The notes beneath the pieces are model-generated. The model had not been told where the DNA came from and searched no databases. It saw only the letters and a program-made list of their open reading frames with translations. A stretch of 64,000 bases of DNA from an uncultured Pseudomonadota bacterium (GTDB lineage: Bacteria > Pseudomonadota > Alphaproteobacteria > Acetobacterales > Acetobacteraceae). The DNA is taken from positions 26,763 to 90,762 of the forward strand of contig CAWHMO010000016.1 of the NCBI GenBank assembly GCA_963830565.1, in the 5' to 3' direction. This document shows positions 46,312 to 56,773 of this stretch, in pieces. How positions within the stretch are numbered: position 1 is the first letter of the stretch; the number at the start of each line of letters is the position of its first letter. A program made the position numbers and the translations under genes.

Positions 46312-47748
46312 TCAGACCGAGTAGTACATCTCGAACTCGACCGGATGCGGCGTGTGCTCGAAGCGGTACACCTCGCTCCACTTCAGCTCGATGTAGCTCT
46401 CGATCTGGTCGGTGCTGAATACGTCGCCAGCGAGCAGGAACTCGCGGTCGCCCTCGAGCGAGGTCAGCGCCTCGCGCAGGCTGCCGCATACGGTGGGGAT
46501 GCCCTTCAGCTCCTCGGGCGGCAGATCGTAGAGATCCTTGTCCATCGGGTCGCCCGGATGAATCTTGTTGCGGATGCCGTCCAGGCCGGCCATCAGCATC
46601 GCCGCGAAGGCGAGGTAAGGGTTGGCGCCCGGATCGGGGAACCGCACCTCGACGCGCTTGGCTTTCGGGTTCGTGGCATACGGGATGCGGCACGAGGCCG
46701 AGCGGTTGCGCGCCGAATAGGCCAGCAGCACCGGCGCCTCGAATCCGGGGATCAGGCGCTTGTAGCTGTTGGTCAGCGGGTTGGTGAACGCGTTCAGCGC
46801 CTTGGCGTGCTTGATGATGCCGCCGATGTAGTACAGCGCCGATTCGGACAGATCGGCGTAGCCGTTGCCCGCGAACAGCGGTCTGCCGCCCTTCCAGATC
46901 GACTGGTGGACGTGCATCCCCGAGCCGTTGTCGCCGTACACCGGCTTCGGCATGAACGTCGCGGTCTTGCCGTAGCTGTGCGCCACGTTGTGGATGCAGT
47001 ACTTGTAGATCTGCAAGTGGTCGGCCAATTGCACCAGCGGGCCGAACTTCATGCCCAGCTCGTGCTGGCTCTGCGCCACCTCGTGGTGGTGCTTCTCGAT
47101 AACCACGCCCATCTCGCCCATCGTGGACAGCATCTCGGCGCGCAGATCGCTCTCGGAATCCACCGGCGGGACCGGGAAGTAGCCACCCTTCACCAACGGG
47201 CGGTGGCCCATGTTGCCTTCCGGGTAGTCCTTCAGCGACGCTTGCGGCCCCTCCTGGCTGTCGAGCTGGTACATCGCGTAATTGCCGCCGACACCGAACT
47301 TCACGCTGTCGAAAATGAAGAACTCGGCTTCGGGGCCGAAGAAGGCGGTATCGCCGATGCCGCTGGCCTTCAGGTACTGCTCGGCCTTCTTGGCGGTGGA
47401 GCGAGGGTCGCGGTTGTAGGGTTGGCCGGTGGACGGCTCGATGATGTCGCAGAACAGGATCAGGCTGGGCTTGGCGGCGAACGGGTCCATCACCCCCGTC
47501 TGGGGGTCCGGCATCAGGATCATGTCGGACTCGTTGATCGCCTTCCAGCCGGCGATCGAGGAGCCGTCGAACATGATGCCATCGCGGAACGCCTCCTCGT
47601 CGATGGTGGAGACGTGCTGGGCGGTGTGCTGCCACTTCCCGCGCGGGTCGGTGAACCGCAGGTCGACATATTCGGCGGAATGCTCGTTCAGCATTTCCAT
47701 GACGTGGCCGACCGCGTCGGCGTTCCCGCTGCCAGGATTCTTCGCCAT
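46312..47748 (-). CDS. glnA: glutamine synthetase, type I
   Basis: [27 protein letters not shown], the adenylylation-site region NLYDLPPEE (here DLYDLPPEE), and HHHEV. The start may be ATG 47748 or TTG 47763. Confidence 0.93.
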   Translation of the reverse strand: MAKNPGSGNADAVGHVMEMLNEHSAEYVDLRFTDPRGKWQHTAQHVSTIDEEAFRDGIMFDGSSIAGWKAINESDMILMPDPQTGVMDPFAAKPSLILFCDIIEPSTGQPYNRDPRSTAKKAEQYLKASGIGDTAFFGPEAEFFIFDSVKFGVGGNYAMYQLDSQEGPQASLKDYPEGNMGHRPLVKGGYFPVPPVDSESDLRAEMLSTMGEMGVVIEKHHHEVAQSQHELGMKFGPLVQLADHLQIYKYCIHNVAHSYGKTATFMPKPVYGDNGSGMHVHQSIWKGGRPLFAGNGYADLSESALYYIGGIIKHAKALNAFTNPLTNSYKRLIPGFEAPVLLAYSARNRSASCRIPYATNPKAKRVEVRFPDPGANPYLAFAAMLMAGLDGIRNKIHPGDPMDKDLYDLPPEELKGIPTVCGSLREALTSLEGDREFLLAGDVFSTDQIESYIELKWSEVYRFEHTPHPVEFEMYYSV

Positions 47749-47813
47749 CCCTCTTGCCCTCAATCTTCCTGTTTGCGCCGACCGTTTAATCGCTTCCGTT
47801 TCTGCCCGAAAGC

Positions 47814-48155
<342 letters not shown>

Positions 48156-48194
48156 CTAATCGCGCCCGACCGCCGGGCCTCCCTTGCGCATCAT

Positions 48195-48210
48195 TGCACG
48201 TGCCGTGCCA
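48195..48210 (-). promoter_or_regulatory. candidate sigma-54 promoter for glnB-glnA
   Basis: The minus strand reads TGGCACGGCACGTGCA (GG-N10-GC; consensus TGGCAC-N5-TTGCA), 43-58 nt upstream of the glnB ATG. Confidence 0.5.
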
Positions 48211-48360
48211 GCGGGCGCGCCGGCCCGCGCGGCCGGGCGGCGTGATGTTTAGCCCAGCCCATGGGCGACTGACCACTGGCTTGCCCGGAAAACGGGCAGT
48301 TCCCGTTGACCCGCGGCGGACCGCACCCATACTGCGCCCCGCCCTCGAAGGAGCCTCGGC

Positions 48361-49554
48361 TTGAAGCCCGCCAATTCCCTGCTGTCCGGCCTCGGCACGA
48401 CGATCTTCACCACCATGTCGGCGCTGGCGACCGAGCACCGCGCGATCAATCTCGGGCAGGGCTTCCCCGACAGCGACGGCCCCCCCGACATCCTGGATGC
48501 CGCCGACGCGGCCTTGCGCGATGGCCGCAACCAGTACCCGCCGATGCCGGGCGTCCCGGAGCTGCGCCAAGCCGTCGCCGCCGCCAATGCGCGGTTCTAT
48601 GGGATAGAGGTCGAGCCGATGCGCGAGGTGATCGTCACCTCCGGCGCCACCGAGGCGATCACCGCCTGCCTGATGGCGCTGCTCAACCCGGGCGACGAGG
48701 TGGTGCTCATTGAGCCGCTGTATGACACCTATCTGCCGGTAGTCCGGCTGCTGGGCGCAATCCCCCGCCTGGTGCGGCTGGCCCCGCCCGACTGGGTGCT
48801 GCCGCGGGCGGACCTTGCCGCCGCCTTCGGGCCGCGCACCAAGGCGATCATGCTCAACACTCCGATGAACCCCACCGGCAAGGTGTTCACCCAGGGCGAG
48901 CTTGGCTTCATTGCCGATCTCTTGGCACGCCACGACGCTTATGCGGTGTGCGATGAGGTCTATGAGCACCTGACCTTCGATGGCGCGCGGCATATCCCGC
49001 TGATGACGCTTTCGGGGATGCGCGAGCGGGTGATGCGGATCGGCAGCGCCGGCAAGACCTTTTCGCTGACAGGCTGGAAGGTGGGCTACGTCACCGCGCC
49101 CGCGGCGCTCGCCGACCTGGTGGCCAAGGCGCATCAGAACCTGACCTTCACCACGCCGCCCAATTTGCAGCGCGCGGTGGCAGTCGGCCTGGCCAAGGAC
49201 CAGGGGTATTTCGGCGACCTCGCGGCGGCCCTCGCAGCCAAGCGGGACCGGCTGGCGGCGGGGCTGGCGGGGCTCGGGATGGAAGTCCTGCCGTCGCAAG
49301 GCACCTATTTCATCACCGCCGACTTCACCCCGCTCGGTTTTCCGCCGGACGACGAGGCGTTCTGCCACTACATCACCGAACATGCGAAGGTCGCGGCGGT
49401 TCCGGTGACGGCGTTCTACGACGCCCCGGATCCACCGCGGACCTACGCGCGGTTCGCCTTCTGCAAGCGCGAGGAAGTGCTGGACGAGGCGGTGGCGCGG
49501 CTGCGCCGGCACTTCCGCGAGCGCAACACGGGCACGTTGACGACGGCACGCTGA
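48361..49554 (+). CDS. class I/II aminotransferase, YbdL (methionine/kynurenine aminotransferase)-like
   Basis: TTG start after GAAGGAG. LGTTIFTTMSALATEHRAINLGQGFPD and SAGKTFSLTGWKVGY, including the PLP lysine. Confidence 0.85.
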   Translation: MKPANSLLSGLGTTIFTTMSALATEHRAINLGQGFPDSDGPPDILDAADAALRDGRNQYPPMPGVPELRQAVAAANARFYGIEVEPMREVIVTSGATEAITACLMALLNPGDEVVLIEPLYDTYLPVVRLLGAIPRLVRLAPPDWVLPRADLAAAFGPRTKAIMLNTPMNPTGKVFTQGELGFIADLLARHDAYAVCDEVYEHLTFDGARHIPLMTLSGMRERVMRIGSAGKTFSLTGWKVGYVTAPAALADLVAKAHQNLTFTTPPNLQRAVAVGLAKDQGYFGDLAAALAAKRDRLAAGLAGLGMEVLPSQGTYFITADFTPLGFPPDDEAFCHYITEHAKVAAVPVTAFYDAPDPPRTYARFAFCKREEVLDEAVARLRRHFRERNTGTLTTAR

Positions 49555-49580
49555 TGGGCCAGAACCCGCCCGATCCTCGT

Positions 49581-49658
49581 GGCGGGCGTAGCTCAGATGG
49601 TAGAGCGCCAGGTTGTGGTCCTGGATGCCGTGGGTTCGAGTCCCGATCGCTCGCCCCA
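49581..49658 (+). tRNA. tRNA-His (GTG)
   Basis: G-1 plus acceptor GCGGGCG pairs with CGCTCGC-C73, and CCA is encoded. D arm is GCTC/GAGC. The anticodon arm is CCAGG-TTGTGGT-CCTGG. The T arm is GTGGG-TTCGAGT-CCCGA. One unpaired T (49647) sits between the T stem and the acceptor strand. Confidence 0.85.
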
Positions 49659-49737
49659 TTCCCAAGGCACCACGATAGCAGTCGGGCGCGTTCCCGGCCT
49701 TTTCGCACTGGCGCTGGCCGGCGGCGCCGCACGCCGC

Positions 49738-50373
49738 ATGGGCGGCGGCGACAAGCCGCTGCTGGAGGTGGGCGGCCGGACCATGCTGGCACGCGTGGTC
49801 GACGTGCTGGCGGCGGAGGCCGATTCCGTGGCGATCAGCGCCAATGGCGATCCCGCTCGCTTCGCCACCTATGGCGTGAGAGTGCTGGCCGATGGCGCCT
49901 TTGTCGGACGGGGGCCGCTTGCAGGCGTGCTGGCCGGCCTGCAATGGGCTGCGGAGAGTGGCGGGACGGCGCTGCTGACCTTGCCGGGCGACACGCCTTT
50001 CGCACCGCCGAACCTCGCCGCCCGTCTCGCCCCTGCCCCTGCCTGCGCGGAAAGTGCCGGACGCGTGCATCACCTCGTCGCGCTCTGGCCGGTGCCGATA
50101 AAGGACGCGCTGGCCCGGTTCCTCACCTCACCCGGCCCGTATGCGGTGCATGGGTTTGCCCGGACGATCGGGATGCGCACGGTGGCGTTCACAGATTGGC
50201 AGCGCGACCCGTTCGCCAACATCAACACCGTCCAGGACCTGATGACGGCGCGCGACAGAGGAGTGCTCGGACCAATGACCAGGACAGTCAGGTCACGATG
50301 TGGGCCGATCCGTCGCTGGAGCGCAACACGCACACGATCCGTGTCGAGGCCGAGGCGGCGCGCTTCTGCATGA
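49738..50373 (+). pseudogene. mobA: molybdenum cofactor guanylyltransferase MobA-like, no canonical start after the tRNA and 3' end fused to foreign sequence
   Basis: In-frame homology starts at about 49685 (GLFALALAGGAARRMGGGDKPLLEVGG), upstream of the first ATG (49738). No ATG, GTG or TTG lies between the tRNA end and that ATG. After ...NINTVQDLMTAR the ORF reads through for 39 codons into a nadX remnant. Confidence 0.6.
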
Positions 50374-50482
50374 GATCGAAGACGTTCCCAGCCCGGATAA
50401 TCCCCGCACCGGCCAGTTGCCGCCGCTTTCGATGCTGGCTTGCTTGCGTGGGCTGGTCTCGACCTTGAAGGTCGGGAGCTAG
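50262..50482 (+). pseudogene. 3' fragment of an L-aspartate dehydrogenase (NadX/DUF108)-like gene, frameshifted
   Basis: VTMWADPSLERNTHTIRVEAEAARFCM in one frame continues as EIEDVPSPDNPRTGQLPPLSMLACLRGL in another, which is the Asp-DH C-terminal pattern. Nothing 5' of it remains. Confidence 0.55.
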
Positions 50483-50588
50483 AGATGCGGCTGGCGCGCT
50501 CACCGTTCGAAAATCAAGAATTATGCAGCACCTGTGAATGCCCATTATCGACATCGTATTATTTTCCTTTATTAGGGTCTGTTGACAA

Positions 50589-51349
50589 TTACCTCGTTGC
50601 GATGATGGTGGCTGCGAGGCTGATGTTGGCACGGAAGCTTTCGTCGGTCTTGTCGTAGCGGGTGGCGATGGCTCGGAACTCCTTCAGCTTGGCGAAGAAG
50701 TTCTCGATCAGGTGGCGCCAGCGATACATGGCCTTGTCATAGGCGATGATCGTATTGCGGTTGGATTTGGGTGGGATGACGGCGACGGCGCCACGGTCAT
50801 CGAGGTCCGCACGCAGCCAATCGGCGTCAAACGCCTTGTCACCGAGCAGGGCGTCGAAAGTGATGTCTGCGATGAGCGGCGCGACCCCTACGATGTCGTG
50901 GCGCTGTCCGGGCAAGAGCACGAAGCGGACCAGATTTCCAAGCGCGTCCACCAGCGCGACGATCTTGGTCGTCAGCCCGCCTCGCGAGCGTCCGATGGCC
51001 TGATTGTGAGTCCCCCCTTTGCGCCGCTCGCCTTCTGATGGGCGGTGACGATCGTGCCGTCGATCAGGGCGTATTCGAAATCCGGCTCGTCGGACAAGCG
51101 CTCGAAGAGGCGCTCGAAGACGCCCGCCCGCACCCAGCGGCGGAAGCGCTGGAACACGCTGTTCCAGTGCCCGAACTCAGGCGGCAGGTCGCGCCACGGC
51201 GATCCCGCCCGCACGCGCCACAGAACCGCTTCCAGGAACAGCCGGGTGTCCTTCGCCGTCACTCCGCGATCCGACGCCTTGCCCGGCAACAGCAGGGCCA
51301 TCTTCTCCCAAGCCGTGTCGCTGATCACAAATCGTCCCCTGTCCACCAA
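50589..51349 (-). CDS. IS5/IS427-group transposase OrfAB (orfA 50972..51349, orfB 50589..~51017, joined by -1 frameshift)
   Basis: OrfA reads LLPGKASDRGVTAKDTRLFLEAVLWRVRAGSPWRDLP. The -1 frame continues GGTHNQAIGRSRGGLTTKIVALVDALGNLVRFVLLPGQRHD...RWRHLIENFFAKLKEFRAIATRYDK, the DDE region. Confidence 0.85.
51011..51020 (-). promoter_or_regulatory. putative programmed -1 frameshift site of the IS transposase
   Basis: The minus strand reads A-AAG-GGG-GG at exactly the orfA/orfB frame junction. Confidence 0.5.
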
Positions 51350-51803
51350 ACCCTTCGCTCCGCCAAAACGGAGCTTGAATCACGGCTCAGGCCCGAGAGG
51401 AACCCACTCATTGTCAACAGGCCCTAGTCCGCATGATAGACGTTGTGCGATTTGCAAATCGTGCTGGCGCTTGCAAGCTCGAATATTGACGGCGGCGTGA
51501 AGGCGGGCGGCGGCAGCGACGAACTTGTCCGCTTGCGCGTGCGCCTTGCGGGCGAGGCTCTTTTGCAGACGTTCGGAAGGAACTCAACCAGTTGCGGGCG
51601 AAGCAATCTGTATCGGCGACCACGCCTACGCCATCACCAGTTTGACTGCCGCGGGAAGCCACATCCGACTTGATGCCTCGCGCGCTGCGGACGGCAAAAT
51701 TGACTCCTCCCGTCCGGAGGATGACAATCTCCTCAAATGACGCTTGGTGGCAAGCTCGCCGCGACGCAAAAAGGCCGGGACGCGAAGGATCGGAGGAACG
51801 ATC

Positions 51804-53169
51804 ATGCGGATCTCCACGCTGCGGTCAGTCATCCGGACTGTCGAGTTTCTCACGGTCATCAGCCTCGTTTGCGAACCGTCATTGTCTCGCGGCGCTTTTC
51901 CTGACATCCATAACGACACGCCGCAAGTCGCGCCTCTCCCGGAACCCGCGCCGCCAACGCCACCATCGGCAATGCCAACCCAGGACGCCTGGCGCCAGAC
52001 GATGGCGAAGAAGCCCGCGCCGAAAGGCGGATGCTATACCTCCACCTACCCGAGCACCGACTGGCAGGAGGTTCCGTGCGCCACCGATCTTCCGCTGCTC
52101 CCGCATGCGATCCCGGACGTGGGAGGAGGAGGACCCAAGACCGGCTATCTCGAAAGCGTTTCGTTGCCGATAACCTCGGTGCGTGGCTCGTTCTACAGCG
52201 TGACCGGCGTGACGAACGAGTGCAACCAGGCGAACTCCGCCACGACGGCGTGCAACGCGACGCAGCCGCCGAGCTCGCCCAACACGTTCTCGCTGCAACT
52301 GAACCCGAACATGTTCCCAACCCCCCTGTGCCCGGCCAACACACCCTGCATCGGGGCCCAGCAATACATCTACGACAATGACGGCGCTGGCAAGAATAGC
52401 TCGCTCTACATTCAATACTGGTTGCTGAATTACCCGAGCACGACCCCATGCCCGCAAGGATTTCGTCGGTAACACCAAACATACATGGTCTTACATTGCA
52501 GCGCCTGCTGGGTTCCTCTCCGGCTGCGTTGTCAACGGCAATCAGTTCCTAGTCGACGCTCAGCACAACCCCCATCAGACTATCCTGGCGCTGCCCGCGC
52601 TCGTCCTTACCGGCAACAGCACGAGCGCGCAACAACAGGCCATACTCGCAACCCAGTCCACCCTGCTCAGCACGGCGACTGATGACGGCGATCAGCTTGG
52701 CATCGGCAATTCCTGGAAAGCCGCCGAGTTCAATGTGTTCGGCCTCTCCGGCGGCTCAATCGCCGTGTTCAATTTCAACTCGACAATCGTTGTCCAGATG
52801 GACGCGACCGTCGCCGGTGGCGCCGCGGCGCTGCCAACAATCCTCTGGCAGGGCCTAACCGGCGAGAAGAACAATCTCGCCCTGATCCCGCCGCCCTGTC
52901 CGGTGCAGTTTGGGCCCTCGGGTGTTGCGACTACAGCCGTCAACCGCATCCTGTTCACCGAGAGCAATGCGCTCATTCCGCCGACTTCGCTCTGCACCTG
53001 CCAGTCCGGAGCATCATGGTATCCGAGCCTTGAGGCCTGCATCACGCCCGTGACCCAACCACGCTGCCAGAGCCCCGAGCTCTTTTGTCCGCGGCTCGAT
53101 CGCTGCGTGACCCAGCAGCAATACGACCTCGAGTGCCTGTTCCAGAAGCCGACACCGCCGCCACCTTGA
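51804..53169 (+). pseudogene. secreted cysteine-rich hypothetical protein (~455 aa), one frameshift
   Basis: GGAGGA plus ATG 51804, then a hydrophobic leader. ORF 51744..52472 continues in the frame of ORF 52735..53169 (RKDFVGNTKHTWSYIAAPAGF... open from about 52437). It ends CQSPELFCPRLDRCV...KPTPPPP*. The frame switch is near 52440-52470. Confidence 0.55.
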
Positions 53170-53400
53170 GCCACGGCTGGCGACCACCGTGGCGCCATCC
53201 TGACGCCCAGGCCACGCAACCACACTTCGTCGGTCGGCTGCGGCCCGCTCGTCCGCATTCGCAAAGGGGAAAGCCCGCATGACGCCTGTCCCCTTCGCTG
53301 ACGCAAGCGCGCCCGTGTTTCTGTTTTGCACAAATCATATGTGGACGGCCCCCGCCTGCGAAGGGGTTGAGTGCGTTTCCGGCGAAATGGTCAGGTGCAG

Positions 53401-54198
53401 TCATATTCCGGCCTCTCGGTGCGGTGCGACCTTCGGCGAGACGGGCTGCGCTAGGTCCTCCGGCACATAGGCTAAGCCAAATCCGGCCAGGGCGGCATTG
53501 AGCATCTGGAAAGTGCCGTTGAAAACGAGCTGGCCTTCGACATGGACCTTCAGCTCACGTTTGCCTTTCTCGAACTCCCAGGCGTACAGCCCGCCATAGG
53601 TGGGCAGGCGCAGATTGATGCAGTTGCGACCAATCAGGTCCTGCGGCCTCTTTGGCAGTGACCGCTTCAAGAAATACGACGGCGCTCCCACGACCGCTAT
53701 GCGCATGTCCGGCCCGATACGAACGGCGATCATGTCCTTCGCCACTTGCTCGCCGTTTCGCACGCCAGCGTCAAAACGCTGGGCGACGATGTCGGTCAGG
53801 ACAGAGTCGATGATGATCTCGATTTTGATGCCTGGATACTGGCGCAGGAACTTCGTAATTTTCGGCCAGAGGATCGTGTCGGCCGCATAGTCCGTGGCCG
53901 TGATCCGAATGGTGCCGGCGGGCTTCTTCCGAAGCTCACTTAAGGCCGCAAGCTCGGCGTCGATCTCCTCAAACCGAGGGCCCAGGGTGTGAAGCAGGCG
54001 TTCACCCGCCTCCGTTGGCGAGACGCTGCGCGTGGTGCGGGTCAGTAGCCGGAGACCGAGCCGTTCCTCAAGTCCACGGATGGTATGATTGAGGGCCGAC
54101 TGCGAAACGCCGAGCTGCGCTGCTGCCTCGTGAAGCTGCGTTCCTTCGCGACCGCGAGGAAGGCAAGGAGATCAATGAAGCTTTCGCGCGGCATTCAT
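53401..54198 (-). pseudogene. LysR-family transcriptional regulator, frameshifted in the HTH and probably at the C-terminus
   Basis: Reverse-strand reading gives MNAARK.. / ESFIDLLAFLAVAKERSFT / AAAQLGVSQSALNHTIRGLEERLGLRLLTRTTRSVSPTEAGERLL across three frames (shifts near 54175 and 54120-54135). The substrate-binding domain then follows as ORF 53401..53763. Confidence 0.7.
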
Positions 54199-54291
54199 GA
54201 GCCTAGATCATAAGCGCATCTAATCGCATACAGGTGGAAACGCCAATTTGCGGCTCGTATAATGCCTCAGCAGCTACGGGAGGATTAGACC

Positions 54292-54654
54292 ATGACGAAT
54301 TTCGATGCGGACACCCTGCGCGAGTTGCGCGACGTGCCGGAGTCCGTGATCCGGACCGAGAAGCATCCCAAGAGCGCGGTCGTGATCTGGGTGGTGGTGG
54401 CCGACGACGACGTCTTCGTGCGTTCGTGGCGCGGCGCCAAGGGGCGTTGGTACAGGGACCTCGCTGCGGGCGGCCCCGCCACGCTGGAGTTCGCCGGCCG
54501 CCGGTTGGCGGTGCAGGCGATCCCGGCGAGCGACCCCGCTGCGGTCGCCCGGACCAGCCGTGAATTCCTGAGGAAGTATCAGCCGAGCACCCATGCGCAG
54601 GAGATGGTGCGCTCCGAAATCTTGCCGACCACGCTGCGGCTCGAACCGCGCTGA
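54292..54654 (+). CDS. DUF2255-family protein
   Basis: 120 aa. [27 protein letters not shown] matches my memory of the DUF2255 pattern. Confidence 0.55.
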   Translation: MTNFDADTLRELRDVPESVIRTEKHPKSAVVIWVVVADDDVFVRSWRGAKGRWYRDLAAGGPATLEFAGRRLAVQAIPASDPAAVARTSREFLRKYQPSTHAQEMVRSEILPTTLRLEPR

Positions 54655-54730
54655 CTCGCCGCGCTTGGTTCACCTCCTGCCGCTGCAGAGGCGCCGACCC
54701 CGACTGTCCCTAAAACGGAGTAATGAAACA

Positions 54731-55453
54731 ATGGACATCAAACGAAATGGCTCAGAGCCCTCTGGCAAAGGACCGTCAGAGTATTTCACGGGAAAGGTGC
54801 GTGTTGATCGGCTGTTCAACACGCCCGATCCGGCACGTGTTGCTGGCGCGAGCGTCACATTCGAGCCCGGCGCGCGCACCGCATGGCACACGCATCCACT
54901 GGGTCAGACATTGATCATCACGGCCGGCTGCGGCTGGGTCCAACGCGAGGGCGGACCGGTGGAGGAAATCCGGCCGGGTGACGTGGTCTGGTTCTCGCCG
55001 GGCGAGAAGCACTGGCACGGCGCCACCCCAACCACAGCAATGACCCATATCGCCATTCAGGAAGCGCTGGACGGCATTGCCGCGGCACTGCCGTATATGA
55101 AGCAGCAGAAAGTCGGGCATGTCATCAACGTCTCTTCTGTGGCCGGCCATAAGGTCGGGCCCGGCTTCGCGGTCTATGCGGCCACCAAACACGCCGTGCG
55201 AGCCCTCTCCGAAGGACTGCGCCAGGAAGTGAAGCCTTACAACATCCGCACGACGGTCATTTCGCCGGGCGTGGTAGCCACGGAACTGCCCAAGAGTACA
55301 ACCGAGCCAGATACCGCTGAGAGGGTCCGCAAGGCCTATGAGATCGCGATTCCTGCCGATTTGTTCGCGCGCGCGGTCGTGTTCGCCATCAGCCAGCCGG
55401 ATGATGTGGACGTGAACGAAATCCTGTTCCGGCCCACGCGCCAGGAATACTGA
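54731..55453 (+). CDS. chimeric ORF: cupin domain fused in frame to the C-terminal half of an SDR oxidoreductase
   Basis: [29 protein letters not shown]...[16 protein letters not shown]...[22 protein letters not shown] is the cupin part. From about 55075 it reads [41 protein letters not shown]...[10 protein letters not shown]. That is SDR from the Ser/YxxxK region onward, with no Rossmann N-terminus. Confidence 0.7.
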   Translation: MDIKRNGSEPSGKGPSEYFTGKVRVDRLFNTPDPARVAGASVTFEPGARTAWHTHPLGQTLIITAGCGWVQREGGPVEEIRPGDVVWFSPGEKHWHGATPTTAMTHIAIQEALDGIAAALPYMKQQKVGHVINVSSVAGHKVGPGFAVYAATKHAVRALSEGLRQEVKPYNIRTTVISPGVVATELPKSTTEPDTAERVRKAYEIAIPADLFARAVVFAISQPDDVDVNEILFRPTRQEY

Positions 55454-55469
55454 GCGGAAGGACGGAACA

Positions 55470-55700
55470 ATGCCCCACGTGATCGTGAAGCTCTACGCCG
55501 GAAGATCGGAGCGGCAGAAAGCCAGAATTGCGGAGGAGCTTACGAAAGCTGTGATGGCTGGCGCCAATTGTGCGGAGCAATCGGTCTCGGCGAGCATCGA
55601 AGACATCGAGCCGGAGGGTTGGGTCGAAAAGGTCTTTAAGTCGGACGTAATCGCGAAATCGGATAGGCTGTACAAGAAACCCGGATACAACCCTATGTAG
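55470..55700 (+). CDS. 4-oxalocrotonate tautomerase family protein
   Basis: MPHVIVKLYAGRSERQKARIAEELTKAV has the Pro1 tautomerase signature; 76 aa. Confidence 0.8.
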   Translation: MPHVIVKLYAGRSERQKARIAEELTKAVMAGANCAEQSVSASIEDIEPEGWVEKVFKSDVIAKSDRLYKKPGYNPM

Positions 55701-56069
55701 CAGCCGCAAATCGAGGGCTGAATTCTATGCCGCAAGGCCCGCGCGGCGGCACAGGGGCTTTGTCGGAAGTCTCAGGAAAGCAACCAACGAAGGCGAATTC
55801 GGTCCACATTCGTCGCGACAGCGCTGACCCCGCGCCACGGGCACGCGCTCCTAAACCACCGTCCGCCCATGATGCACAAATCAGGACCTCTGGAAAACCG
55901 CCGGAGCCGCGCGCCATCAATGACTTATCGGTTGCAGAAGTCCGGTGCGAAATACCCGCTTCGGGTCGGAAGCCAACATCCAAGCCAAGACACGACCGAT
56001 TTTCCATCCGACTTGACAGGTCCAGCCGCGCCGGCGCGCGATGGAAGAACCGCCAACGGAGATTCGTCC

Positions 56070-56480
56070 ATGCCCGACACAATCGTCCCCCGCAAGCGCC
56101 TGCTCTCCGAGGCGCCCTCGCCGCCCTCTATCTATATCGACGTGGCCAACATGCCCTGGGAGAGGTCGAAATTTCCCGGAATCGAGCACAAGGTGCTCTA
56201 TTCCGACCCGGCGACGGGGATGGCCACGCTGCTGTTCCGCCTCGACCCCGGCGCCGTGGTGCCGCTGCATGAGCATACCGGGGTCGAGTTGACCTATGTC
56301 CTCGAAGGCAGCCTGGAGGATGATGAGGGCGCCTGCACGGAGGGCAATTTCGTCTGGCGCCCGGCGGGCAATACCCATGTCGCCCGGGCGCCGAACGGAG
56401 CTGTCATCCTGGGCGTGTTCATGCGCCCAAACCACTTCGCGGAGGGGCAGAAGTTCTTCACCGACACCGATCCGGGCTGA
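56070..56480 (+). CDS. cupin domain protein (ChrR-like cupin)
   Basis: Internal ATG 56070 of ORF 55869..56480. LHEHTGVELTYVLEGSLEDDEG...RPAGNTHVA. Confidence 0.7.
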   Translation: MPDTIVPRKRLLSEAPSPPSIYIDVANMPWERSKFPGIEHKVLYSDPATGMATLLFRLDPGAVVPLHEHTGVELTYVLEGSLEDDEGACTEGNFVWRPAGNTHVARAPNGAVILGVFMRPNHFAEGQKFFTDTDPG

Positions 56481-56485
56481 CCGCC

Positions 56486-56773
56486 TTACCGGGTCAGGAC
56501 GCCGTCGGCCCAGGCTTCCAGCCGGCGCGCTTGCGCGTGCAGATCGGCGATCCCTTGCTTTGTCATGCCGAGCCGCAAGTTCTGATCCTCAAGCGAGCGA
56601 CCGACTGCGCCGATGCCGAGGCGCAGCCGCTCAAGCTGGCTCCGCCACGCCGCCACCGCAGCACTCTGTTCGGCGAGCGCCGCCCTCAGTCGGGCAAGCG
56701 AGCGGTCCAGAGGCTCCCCAGAGAGGGTCCGGACAGGAAACGGAATGATCTCAGCCATGCTGCGCTCAGCCAT
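56486..56773 (-). CDS. hypothetical small helical protein
   Basis: 95-aa ORF (or 90 aa from MAEIIPFPV). Coiled-coil-like, with no family recognised. Confidence 0.4.
   Translation of the reverse strand: MAERSMAEIIPFPVRTLSGEPLDRSLARLRAALAEQSAAVAAWRSQLERLRLGIGAVGRSLEDQNLRLGMTKQGIADLHAQARRLEAWADGVLTR

Larger units (their letters stand above)
50573..51426 (-). mobile_element. IS5-family (IS427-group-like) insertion sequence, apparently intact
   Basis: 854 bp. Terminal inverted repeats TAGGGTCTGTTGACAAT (50573-50589) and TAGGGCCTGTTGACAAT (reverse complement of 51410-51426) match at 16 of 17 positions. It holds two overlapping transposase ORFs. Confidence 0.85.

Noticed and set aside
49579-49737. 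mobA start at GTG 49579 or ATG 49597
   Set aside because: Both lie inside the tRNA-His gene, and the translated segment (MAGVAQMVERQVVVLDAVGSSPDRSPH) is simply the tRNA read as protein.
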